Shown piece after piece: positions 41,293 to 49,890 of a stretch of 64,000 nt of DNA. Position 1 is the first letter of the stretch. Every line of letters starts with the position of its first letter. Under the pieces are notes generated by a model, which did not search any database, was not told the origin of the DNA, and was given only the letters and a program-made list of their open reading frames with translations. The position numbers and the translations under genes are program-made. Source of the DNA: Candidatus Marinacidobacterales bacterium (GTDB lineage Bacteria; Acidobacteriota; Vicinamibacteria; Marinacidobacterales; DATDRI01); assembly GCA_965219415.1 (NCBI GenBank), contig CBDCNP010000002.1, positions 2,368,001-2,432,000 of the forward strand, in the 5' to 3' direction.

Positions 41293-41640
41293 TGGTGGAG
41301 GCGGCGGGAGTCGAACCCGCGTCCGAAGACCTTCACCCGTTGCTTCTACATGCTTGTCTGGTTCCGATTTTTTCGCTCTCGCCGGTTAGGAACCGGCAAG
41401 GACCCGACGAAAGCTATCCCCTAAATCTCGCCGATTACCCGGGGAGTGGCAATGCGGCCAGCCTGCTCTGATGACGCCCTTTCCAAACCACGCAGGCGAG
41501 GCCTGGGAGGACGTAGCCTTAAGCGGCTAGTGCTAACTCGTGGTCAGCAGTTGTGTTTTTATCCCACCTTTTTTACGAGTAGATGGCTCTCGGCATGCAG
41601 CAGCGGGATCAATTATCCCCGTCGAATCCGGTGCGCCCCC
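41293..41640 (-). ncRNA. ssrA: tmRNA
   Basis: 5' GGGGGCGCACCGGATTCGACGGGG; 3' GGGTTCGACTCCCGCCGCCTCCACCA; tag ORF ADHELALAA* at 41548-41519. Confidence 0.96.
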
Positions 41641-41663
41641 AAGTTGGACCTCTTCTAGCCAAA

Positions 41664-41692
41664 ATTGTACATTTGACTAGGGTTTGTAGCAA
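41664..41692 (-). promoter_or_regulatory. Sigma70 promoter of ssrA
   Basis: TTGCTA-17 nt-TACAAT on the minus strand just upstream of the mature 5' end. Confidence 0.65.
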
Positions 41693-41830
41693 CTCCGACC
41701 GCCCTCCGTGCCAACATGCTTGAGACACTTCGCCCCTTGAAATTAGTGTGGAAGGCGGAGGAGGATCATGAATGAGTCTGTTGACTGAACCTCTCCGCGA
41801 AGCTCATTGGCCCAAGTGGAAAGCAGAGAA

Positions 41831-43265
41831 GAGTCAAGCCCATTCTTAGTTGAAACTCTCCACGGCTCACGTTTAAGCGACCTTCTTCTTCGATACGGTT
41901 GATGTCTTCGCCTCGATCTTCAGTTCCCGCTTGAGAGCTTCGCGAAGCTTGGGAAGATGGCGGTAGCCCACCACCTTCCTCAAGCGCGGTTCGATGTCTA
42001 CGAGCGCCGTTGCCAACCAGCGCTGGCGTTGGCTCGAGTTCTTCCAGTGGTCGACCTTCGCGCAGCGTTCCTCGACGAGAGCATTGACGGACTCAAGGCA
42101 GTTCGTCGTCTTGAACGAACGGCCCAGCACCGCGTGCACGCCGAGTCGATGCAACGTCAGCGTCTCCTCGAGGCCTTCCTCCAGGCTGCCAGCTGCGGAT
42201 TGGTTCCGCTCTTCTAACTCACCGTGGAGTTGCTCGAGCGCAGTGAGGGCCTCTTCGTACTCCGGCCTGTTGTAGGCCCACTGGAGCCGCTTGCGCCATG
42301 ACGCCTGCTCGCCCTTGGACAGGTAGCTCACTACGTTTTCACGTTTGTGCCACTGGCAGCGTTGTATCAGGGCCCGCTTACGGAATGCCTTCTTGACTGC
42401 CGCTTGGAGACCCTTGCCGCCGTCGATGATCACCAGCAGACCCTGGGAGATATCGAGTCCCCGCTCGAGCAGTGAACGCAGGAACGGCGTCAACACCTGC
42501 GCGTTCTCCGTGTCCGTCTCCACGAAGCCCAAGAAGCGTTTTTCCCCGCAAAGCGTGATGCCCAGAGCCACGACCATCGTTGCCTCGGCGAATGTCTTCC
42601 CATCCAGAAACAGCGCCACCACATCCTCGCCGGTCAGATCCCGTTCCTGCATCTCCCGCAGCTTCGCAGCGCTCGCTTGCACGAACCCTCGGGACACCGT
42701 TGAGCTCGACAGCCCGATGGCGCCCGGAATCGCTTCCGCTGCCGCCTCGTAGTTGCGACAAGAGATTCCGTAGAGAACTCGTTTCAGCAGAAGATCATTC
42801 ACCTCACCGCCGTGGCTCACCGCCTCGTAGCAGCGAAGCGGAATCTCTCCTCCCTCGATGCTCCGAACCCGTGGCACACGGATCGGTACCCGCTGGCCGC
42901 CAAGCCCTACCGTGCCCGGGTTGCTTCCGGGACGGCGACCGCGCTCCAGCTCGTCCTTGCGAGAGTATCGCTCTCCCGCCAACGCCTTCACTTCGTCGTC
43001 GAGCAACTCGTGAACGTGCATTAGACCAAGGGGGACCAACCAACGGATCATCTCTACCTTGGCGTCCAGCGCGAGTTCCCCGTAATCCTCGTGCCTCACC
43101 ATCTCGACCTCACCCAAACGACGCGACTTCTTGCGTTTCTTGACCGAACGTAGCAGACTTCCCATCTCGGCTCCTTTCTTCGCGGCTTGATTTTGTTTTG
43201 TCCAACGCCATCAAACCACGGGGTTTGGAGCCGTTTCAATTCCCAACTAAGATTGGCACACTTTC
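41831..43265 (-). mobile_element. IS256-family element type C (complete)
   Basis: Imperfect IRs GAGTCAAGCCCATTCTTAGTTG / CAACTAAGATTGGCACACTTTC; 8-bp TSD GCAGAGAA. Confidence 0.95.
41873..43165 (-). CDS. IS256-family transposase
   Basis: FLDGK, IIDGGKG, QRCQWHK and TTNCLES motifs. Confidence 0.94.
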   Translation of the reverse strand: MGSLLRSVKKRKKSRRLGEVEMVRHEDYGELALDAKVEMIRWLVPLGLMHVHELLDDEVKALAGERYSRKDELERGRRPGSNPGTVGLGGQRVPIRVPRVRSIEGGEIPLRCYEAVSHGGEVNDLLLKRVLYGISCRNYEAAAEAIPGAIGLSSSTVSRGFVQASAAKLREMQERDLTGEDVVALFLDGKTFAEATMVVALGITLCGEKRFLGFVETDTENAQVLTPFLRSLLERGLDISQGLLVIIDGGKGLQAAVKKAFRKRALIQRCQWHKRENVVSYLSKGEQASWRKRLQWAYNRPEYEEALTALEQLHGELEERNQSAAGSLEEGLEETLTLHRLGVHAVLGRSFKTTNCLESVNALVEERCAKVDHWKNSSQRQRWLATALVDIEPRLRKVVGYRHLPKLREALKRELKIEAKTSTVSKKKVA

Positions 43266-43304
43266 GCAGAGAATGAAACAGGGCCAGGCTTAGCCCGGAC
43301 GGGA

Positions 43305-43442
43305 ATGAATCTCGAGCTGGATCCAGAGGAGTTTATCGAAGAAATCCCGTTTACCGAGACCCGCAACTACGTCAAGCTAGTGCTTCGTAACGAAATGATC
43401 TACCGACGTATTTATTACACCCCCGAGGCGGTTGCAGAGTAA
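43305..43442 (+). pseudogene. Orphan C-terminal tail of a soluble lytic transglycosylase (Slt70-like)
   Basis: Translates as LDPEEFIEEIPFTETRNYVKLVLRNEMIYRRIY, the Slt C-terminal motif. Confidence 0.8.
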
Positions 43443-43482
43443 CCCGCCACGGGTTATTTAGTTTCCCGAGGGCCATCGTTTC

Positions 43483-44667
43483 ATGTCATCCCGTCCATCG
43501 ACCGAGCGACCGATCTCCGGATCCAAGAAGGCGGAGTCTTTCACCGAATCCGTCATTCGCGAGATGACTCGCCTTTGCCAAATCCACGGTGGAATCAACC
43601 TTTCGCAAGGATTCCCGGACTTTCCGGCTCCGGATGAGATCAAGGAAGCGGCGGTCGCCGCTATCCGTGACGACGTCAACCAATACGCGATCACTTGGGG
43701 AGCGAAGTCGTTTCGAGATGCGATCGCCGAGAACTACAGCCGTGTCTATGGAATGGATGTTGACCCCGAGAAGGAGCTCGTCGTTTGCTGTGGCTCGACG
43801 GAAGCGATGATGTCCGCCATGTTGGGCGTGGTGGACCCGGGAGACGAAGTCGTGGTCTTCGAGCCTTTCTACGAGAACTATGGACCCGATGCCATTCTTT
43901 CGGGTGCGGTGCCACGCTACGTGACGCTCCACGAGCCGGACTGGCGACTCGACCCAGACGAGCTGGCCGCCGCCTTCAACGATCGGACGCGCGCCATCAT
44001 CATCAATACCCCCAACAACCCGACCGGCAAGGTCTTCACCCGGGAGGAGCTGTCTCAGATCGCGGCCCTTTGTCAGAAATGGGGCGCGGTGGCCATCACC
44101 GACGAGATCTACGAGCACATCCTCTACGAAGGCGAGCACATACCGCTCGCCTCCTTGGACGGCATGCGGGAGCGCACCATCACCATCAACAGCCTGTCGA
44201 AGACCTATTCGCTGACCGGCTGGAGGGTCGGGTGGGCCTTGGCGCCTCCGGTGTTGAGCGATGCGATCCGCAAGGTGCACGACTTCTTGACCGTTGGTGC
44301 GGCGGCGCCCTTGCAGGAGGCCGGGGTCGTCGCTTTGGGGCTTCCGGACGAGTACTACCGGCAGCTGTCGGTCGACTATCGAGCTCGGCGCGACGTTCTA
44401 CTGCCGGCGCTCAAAGAGGCTGGCTTCTCCTGTTACAAACCGAACGGGGCGTACTACGTGATGACCGACATTTCACGCTTCGGTTTTCGCGACGACGTGA
44501 GTTTTTCGCGGTATCTAATCGAGAAAATAGGCGTGGCCGCCGTTCCAGGCTCTAGCTTCTACCACCGGCCCGAAGATGGTGCCCAAAAGGTCCGCTTTAC
44601 ATTTTGCAAGCGAGAAGAGACCCTCCGTGCCGCGGCGGACAAGCTCGCTGCCCTCAAACCTTCCTGA
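43483..44667 (+). CDS. PLP-dependent aminotransferase class I/II
   Basis: INLSQGFPD, NTPNNPTG, DEIY and SLSKTYSLTGWRVG motifs. Confidence 0.93.
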   Translation: MSSRPSTERPISGSKKAESFTESVIREMTRLCQIHGGINLSQGFPDFPAPDEIKEAAVAAIRDDVNQYAITWGAKSFRDAIAENYSRVYGMDVDPEKELVVCCGSTEAMMSAMLGVVDPGDEVVVFEPFYENYGPDAILSGAVPRYVTLHEPDWRLDPDELAAAFNDRTRAIIINTPNNPTGKVFTREELSQIAALCQKWGAVAITDEIYEHILYEGEHIPLASLDGMRERTITINSLSKTYSLTGWRVGWALAPPVLSDAIRKVHDFLTVGAAAPLQEAGVVALGLPDEYYRQLSVDYRARRDVLLPALKEAGFSCYKPNGAYYVMTDISRFGFRDDVSFSRYLIEKIGVAAVPGSSFYHRPEDGAQKVRFTFCKREETLRAAADKLAALKPS

Positions 44668-44676
44668 CGGTATACC

Positions 44677-46695
44677 TTGCTATTGCGACCGCTATCTCTG
44701 GTAGTTCTCTTCATCGCTCTCGTTCAGTCTGGAGGGATCGGTCCCGCCGAGAGGGCACATTCCGAGGCGGTCCGGCTTCTCGGCGAAAAGGACGCCGCAG
44801 GTGCCGAAGCAGCTGCCCGTCGTGCTCTCTCGAAGTCCACGTACTTCGAGCCGGAGAGAGAGATCCAGGAGACCCCGGAAAAAGGAGTGCTTTTCGAAGA
44901 CATGATCGAAAAGGCTCGCACCGCCTATCGGAAACGCCGTGCCCGGTATTTTGAAGCTTTGGGCAACGCGCTCGTCGAACAAGAACGATGGGCGGAGGGA
45001 CGAAAGGCGTTGCGGCGCTCCGTGAACCTCGTTCCGTCGGCCAGAACCTTGTTGGGCATGTCGTCCCACCCGGACCTCGACGTTTCGCAACGCATGGAAC
45101 TCTTGCTGGAGGCCTATTTCGCTCCGCAGGCGGATCAGGCTGGCATTGAGCGGAGCCTGCTTGAAACGGGAGCTTTTGCGGATAAGGACGTGCTTCACGC
45201 CGTTTTCGATCGAGAGCGCTTTGCGCTAGAGCTAGCAGCCGAGTTCCCGGAGGTCAAAGTCGTACTAGCACCGCTTCCAGACATCCGGGTTGCCGCCACC
45301 CGCAGCACGTTTGTTTCCTCGGAGTACCTGGACGAAGGACTGACGGTCCTTCTGTATTTCCCGGTGGATGCCTGTCCTCGTTGCAGCGAGGAGTTGGACG
45401 CGATCGGGGAATCACTCCTCGAATTTGGCAAACAGGGGCACGAGTTTTCGGTCGGCGCGTTCGTTGAAGAGCCGGACCTGGCGTCGGTGCGACGCATCGT
45501 TCGCCTACTGAGCATGCAAGTCGAGGTCGGCCGCGTCGACCGGTTGCCGCGTGGTATCGAACCGGCTGACGATGGAGAGATTTGGGTCGTATCACGACGA
45601 GGCCTCATGCAGATACGGATCCCACTGGCCGGAGACCCGCGGGGTAGCCGTATCCGGGAGCAAGTGACTGCCGCGTTGCGACTTCTCGGACCGCCGCCTG
45701 AGAAAGAGACCGGGACGACCCCCCGTCGAACCGCTCGAGTTGAGAAGACATTCTCGACACTCATCGATGAAGCGGCTGCGCTCGAGGCAGGGCCGGTTCC
45801 GATCCCCGATCGGTACCGGCAAATCGACCTCGCTCTGCGGAAGATTCTCAGGGACGCGACCAACGAGACCCAGGTCTTGAATGCTCTCCAGGAGCTCGCG
45901 AAGCTTCGTGGCGCCGGCGCCGCGAAGTCCCGCGCTTTTCTCGCCTTGGACAGGGAATTGCCCAAGCGGCTCTTGGCGGCGGTGAAGGAGATTGCACGGG
46001 AGATCGACGTCCAGGCGACCCCCGAGCAGGGTGTTTTCTACCTCGACGTCACCGACGTCGGGGGACAAGAAACGATATTGCTTCAGCGAACCTTCTTCGG
46101 GAGGCTCTTGCCACAGAATTTCGATTTCATCCTGAGCCTCGAGGGAGGAAAGCCTTCGGTGGCGTGGGTGAGGGCCCAGCCGGACGAGCCCAAGGGGACC
46201 CGTGCCATATCCTCGGGGGCGGTGTTCTTCTTCGAAGCCGAGGACTGCCAGGGCCTTCGTCTCGTCGATCTCGGGGGTGGAAGCGGCCCCTTCTATAGAG
46301 GATGCCCGGCCAGACTCGAGGGTGAGGACATCGTGGAGGTAAGGGAGGTTCTGCTGGACGAAGTACCTTCCGGGCAGGCGCCTCTTTTCTACCGACGCGG
46401 GAAGATCGAAGGCTCCAAGCTCACCGCACCCGAAAGTCCGCTCGAGCGTGGCAAGCGACTATTCGAAGACGGGAGCTACCGGCAGGCTCTATCCTCCTTC
46501 CAAGAAGCTTCGAAGAAGATCGATCCGTTCGCGCCGTACGACGAAGTTGATCTCCGCTACAACATCGCTCGGTGCTACGAAGCGCTCGGTCAGCGTCCCC
46601 GGGCACTCGAGGTCATGGAGACTATTGGTGACGCGGACTATCAATCGCTGATCGACGAAAAGATCGGTGAGCTCGAAGTCGCCACTCGAAGGTGA
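44677..46695 (+). CDS. Secreted TPR protein with central thioredoxin-like CxxC domain
   Basis: Signal-like N-terminus; TPR-like ends (YFEALGNAL, YNIARCYEALG); LLYFPVDACPRCSEEL. Confidence 0.65.
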   Translation: MLLRPLSLVVLFIALVQSGGIGPAERAHSEAVRLLGEKDAAGAEAAARRALSKSTYFEPEREIQETPEKGVLFEDMIEKARTAYRKRRARYFEALGNALVEQERWAEGRKALRRSVNLVPSARTLLGMSSHPDLDVSQRMELLLEAYFAPQADQAGIERSLLETGAFADKDVLHAVFDRERFALELAAEFPEVKVVLAPLPDIRVAATRSTFVSSEYLDEGLTVLLYFPVDACPRCSEELDAIGESLLEFGKQGHEFSVGAFVEEPDLASVRRIVRLLSMQVEVGRVDRLPRGIEPADDGEIWVVSRRGLMQIRIPLAGDPRGSRIREQVTAALRLLGPPPEKETGTTPRRTARVEKTFSTLIDEAAALEAGPVPIPDRYRQIDLALRKILRDATNETQVLNALQELAKLRGAGAAKSRAFLALDRELPKRLLAAVKEIAREIDVQATPEQGVFYLDVTDVGGQETILLQRTFFGRLLPQNFDFILSLEGGKPSVAWVRAQPDEPKGTRAISSGAVFFFEAEDCQGLRLVDLGGGSGPFYRGCPARLEGEDIVEVREVLLDEVPSGQAPLFYRRGKIEGSKLTAPESPLERGKRLFEDGSYRQALSSFQEASKKIDPFAPYDEVDLRYNIARCYEALGQRPRALEVMETIGDADYQSLIDEKIGELEVATRR

Positions 46696-47645
46696 TGCTA
46701 GCGTTCGTTGTCGATGACTCACCCGGACTGAAGGAAATACCCACCCCCATCCCAGGTCCCGGAGAGACCTTGGTGCGGGTTCGGATGGCGGGGATCTGTG
46801 GGACCGACCATGCGCTTCTCGGCGGCTACCGAGACTTCCGCGGTGTGCCGGGCCACGAGATGGTCGGGGTCGTCGAGAAGGCTTCCGATTGTAGTTGGGT
46901 GGGCAGCCGGGTCGTCTCCGAGATCAACATCGGCTGCGGGAAGTGCTCTCTCTGCGGTCAGGGCCTTCGTCGACACTGTGAGAATCGAAAGGTCTTGGGC
47001 ATCGAGGGAAGAGACGGTGCGTTCGCCGAATATCTGATGACGCCGATCGCCAATCTTCATCGGATTCCGGACAGCCTCAGCGACGAAGAGGCGGTTTGGG
47101 TCGAGCCTCTAGCGGCCGCCCTCGCGGTCAGGGAAGCGGGGATACCGCCCGGTGACCGTGTGTTGGTTGTTGGTGATGGACGGTTGGGAACGCTCATTGC
47201 GCTCGGGCTTCAAACGCGAGGCGTCAAAGTGGAAGTAGCCGGCAAGCACGAACACAAATTGTCGCTGCTTCGCTCGGTGGGGTTGTCGGTCGTGGAAGGT
47301 GAGGCTCGTGCGATCTATCCGTGGGTCGTGGAGGCGACCGGATCCCCGGAAGGCATTGAGAAGGCGAGGGCATGGGCGAGGCCAAAAGGAACGATTATCC
47401 TCAAGTCCACAAGCGAACAAGTGTCGCGCGTGGACGCCTCGCGGATCGTCGTCGACGAGCTGCGGCTCGTGGGATCTCGTTGCGGGGATTTCGAGCCCGC
47501 CATCACGGCTCTGGTCGATAGAACCATCCCAGTCGAGCGATTGATCTCCAGGATCCATCCCTTCCGAGAGTTCGCCCGGGCTCTCGAAGACAGCGCCAAC
47601 CCCGAGTACTTCAAGGTTCTCGTCGATCTCCGAGAAACCCAATAG
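46692..47645 (+). CDS. Zn-dependent (MDR) alcohol dehydrogenase
   Basis: GICGTD, GHE, CGKCSLC...HC and GDGRLG motifs. Confidence 0.92.
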   Translation: MMLAFVVDDSPGLKEIPTPIPGPGETLVRVRMAGICGTDHALLGGYRDFRGVPGHEMVGVVEKASDCSWVGSRVVSEINIGCGKCSLCGQGLRRHCENRKVLGIEGRDGAFAEYLMTPIANLHRIPDSLSDEEAVWVEPLAAALAVREAGIPPGDRVLVVGDGRLGTLIALGLQTRGVKVEVAGKHEHKLSLLRSVGLSVVEGEARAIYPWVVEATGSPEGIEKARAWARPKGTIILKSTSEQVSRVDASRIVVDELRLVGSRCGDFEPAITALVDRTIPVERLISRIHPFREFARALEDSANPEYFKVLVDLRETQ

Positions 47646-47707
47646 CGATTCGCAGTTAGCTACCCGTCGTTTAGCCGGGCTATACTGTTCGAGGAGTTTG
47701 AAAACGG

Positions 47708-47953
47708 ATGAGCATCAAGATGTACACCACGACGTGGTGTCCTGACTGCCGGTTGGCGAAGCGGTTCCTCGAGGAGCGCAGCGTCGCCTATGAGGAGATC
47801 AACATCGACGGCAATCCGGAAGCCGCCGAGATCGTCGCAAGGGCTACCGGTGGTAAGCGTCAGGTTCCGACCTTCGATATAGACGGTCGTTTCGTGACCA
47901 CAAGCCCCTTCAGCCGTCACAAGTTGGCGGAGGCACTCGGGCTCCAGGCCTAA
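47708..47953 (+). CDS. Glutaredoxin-like (mycoredoxin/NrdH-like) protein
   Basis: MYTTTWCPDC...VPT motif. Confidence 0.88.
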   Translation: MSIKMYTTTWCPDCRLAKRFLEERSVAYEEINIDGNPEAAEIVARATGGKRQVPTFDIDGRFVTTSPFSRHKLAEALGLQA

Positions 47954-48035
47954 AACGCCGTCGGGACCTACCGTCCGACTCCTCTTGCAAATCGAGGTAT
48001 CTCTTAGAAGAATTAACTGAGGACGAGTCTACGAA

Positions 48036-49772
48036 ATGCTAGAACTACGGCGTCTCATTCCCTATCTGGGTCGCTACAAGAAGCGACTGGGCGTAGGAAT
48101 GGTCTGCCTGTTCTTCGGCAAAGTGGCGTCGGTCCTCGCACCCCAGGTGCTCCGCATGACGGTCGATGATCTGACTGAATCGGTGACGAAAGACAAGCTC
48201 GTCTTTTACTTCGCCCTCATCGTCGCGATCGCGTTGGTCGACGGGTTTTTTCGATTTTGGATGCGCCGCCTCATCATTGGAGTGTCTCGCTATGTCGAGT
48301 ACGACCTGCGCAACGACTTCTTCGCACACCTTGAACGCATGAGCTTGTCCTTCTTTCACCGTTGGCGTACCGGAGATCTGATGTCTCGCGCCACGAACGA
48401 CATCGCCGCGGTGCGGATGGTGCTGGGGCCCGGGGTCATGTATCCGGTCGAGACGGTAGTGATCACCATCGCCGCGCTCGGATTCATGCTGGCCATTAAC
48501 GTCGAGCTGACGCTCGTGTCGCTCGCGATCATGCCGCTCGTTTCGATCGCGGTGAAACAGTTCGGTGCGGTGATTCACAAGCGCTTCGAGGCCATCCAGG
48601 CCAAGATGAGCGATATCACCGCGCTGGTGCAGGAGAATCTCTCTGGGGTGAGGGTCGTCAAGGCCTACACCCAGGAAGCGTCCGAGCAAGAGAAGTTCGA
48701 GGAAGAAAACCAGCAATACCTTCGTCACAACCTAGGGCTAGCGAAGCTCTGGGGCGCTTTTTATCCGTTGCTGGCAGTCCTCATCGGTATCGGCTCGGCT
48801 CTCGTCCTTTGGTGGGGCGGCCGGATGGTGGTCAGTCAAGAGATCACTCTGGGACAGCTGGTAGCGTTCTTCGCTTATCTCTCGATGCTGACCTGGCCGA
48901 TGATCGCCTTCGGTTGGGTGGTTAACATCTATCAACGCGGGACGGCGTCCATGAAGCGGTTGGTGGTCATTCTGGACGAGAGTCCCGAGCTGACCGACGC
49001 TCCCGATGCTCGCACCGATGTGGATCCAACGGGGCGGATCGAGTTTCGCGGCGTTCACTTCCGTTACAACGGCACGCCCATTCTGAGCGACATCGACCTC
49101 GTTATCGAGCCGGGAAAGACGGTTGCCGTCGTGGGGCGCACCGGATCGGGCAAGAGCACCTTAGTGGGCTTGGTGCCTCGTCTTTTTGACGTGAACGAAG
49201 GCGAGGTCTTGGTAGATGGTGTCGACGTTCGCAAGCTCCCGCTCGCTCGGTTGCGGGGAGCGATTGGTTTCGTTCCCCAAGAGAGTTTTCTCTTCTCGGA
49301 GAGTCTACGAGCCAACATCAGTTTCGGCGCGCCCGAGGCGTCGCTCGAAGAGGTGAAGCGAGTGGCCGGGGTGGCCGGCTTGGCAGGCGACATTTCCGAT
49401 TTCCCCAAACAGTACGACACGATGGTGGGCGAGCGCGGGATCACGCTTTCCGGCGGACAGAAGCAACGCACGACCATCGCGCGGGCGCTTCTCACCGAGG
49501 CTCGGGTGCTCATTTTGGACGACGCGCTCTCGAGCGTGGATACCGAGACCGAGGAGAGGATTTTGACACAGCTGAGAGGTGTGATCCGAGACCGTACGAC
49601 GCTACTCGTCTCCCATCGCATCAGTACTATTAAAGATGCCGACCTCATCGTCGTGTTGGACGAGGGACGGATCGCCGAGCGCGGCACCCACCAGAGCCTC
49701 GTCGAGTTGGACGGGATATACGCGAGTCTCTACCGAAAGCAACTTTTAGAGGATGAATTAGAACGGATTTAG
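48036..49772 (+). CDS. ABC exporter subunit (TMD+NBD), MdlA/YheI-like
   Basis: GRTGSGKS and LSGGQKQR; degenerate Walker B (ILDDA). Confidence 0.93.
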   Translation: MLELRRLIPYLGRYKKRLGVGMVCLFFGKVASVLAPQVLRMTVDDLTESVTKDKLVFYFALIVAIALVDGFFRFWMRRLIIGVSRYVEYDLRNDFFAHLERMSLSFFHRWRTGDLMSRATNDIAAVRMVLGPGVMYPVETVVITIAALGFMLAINVELTLVSLAIMPLVSIAVKQFGAVIHKRFEAIQAKMSDITALVQENLSGVRVVKAYTQEASEQEKFEEENQQYLRHNLGLAKLWGAFYPLLAVLIGIGSALVLWWGGRMVVSQEITLGQLVAFFAYLSMLTWPMIAFGWVVNIYQRGTASMKRLVVILDESPELTDAPDARTDVDPTGRIEFRGVHFRYNGTPILSDIDLVIEPGKTVAVVGRTGSGKSTLVGLVPRLFDVNEGEVLVDGVDVRKLPLARLRGAIGFVPQESFLFSESLRANISFGAPEASLEEVKRVAGVAGLAGDISDFPKQYDTMVGERGITLSGGQKQRTTIARALLTEARVLILDDALSSVDTETEERILTQLRGVIRDRTTLLVSHRISTIKDADLIVVLDEGRIAERGTHQSLVELDGIYASLYRKQLLEDELERI

Positions 49773-49864
49773 TCCGCCTTCGCCAGCACAAGAGACGGTG
49801 TGGCTACGGCGGACAAGGCCAGTGCGCCGGCTTGCCGCGCCGAAGCCCGAAGGGCGAAGGCGGG
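49772..49864. repeat. REP-like inverted hairpin pair
   Basis: CCGCCTTCGCC...GGCTACGGCGGACAAG and CTTGCCGCGCCGAAGCCCGAAGGGCGAAGGCGGG; outer IR CCGCCTTCGCC / GGCGAAGGCGG. Confidence 0.7.
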
Positions 49865-49890
49865 AGCGAGCACTAAGTTAAGTTGTCGAC

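Noticed and set aside
41293-41340. Integrated prophage or ICE at the tmRNA 3' end
   Set aside because: No integrase nearby, and I saw no duplicated ssrA 3' fragment in the window (by eye only)
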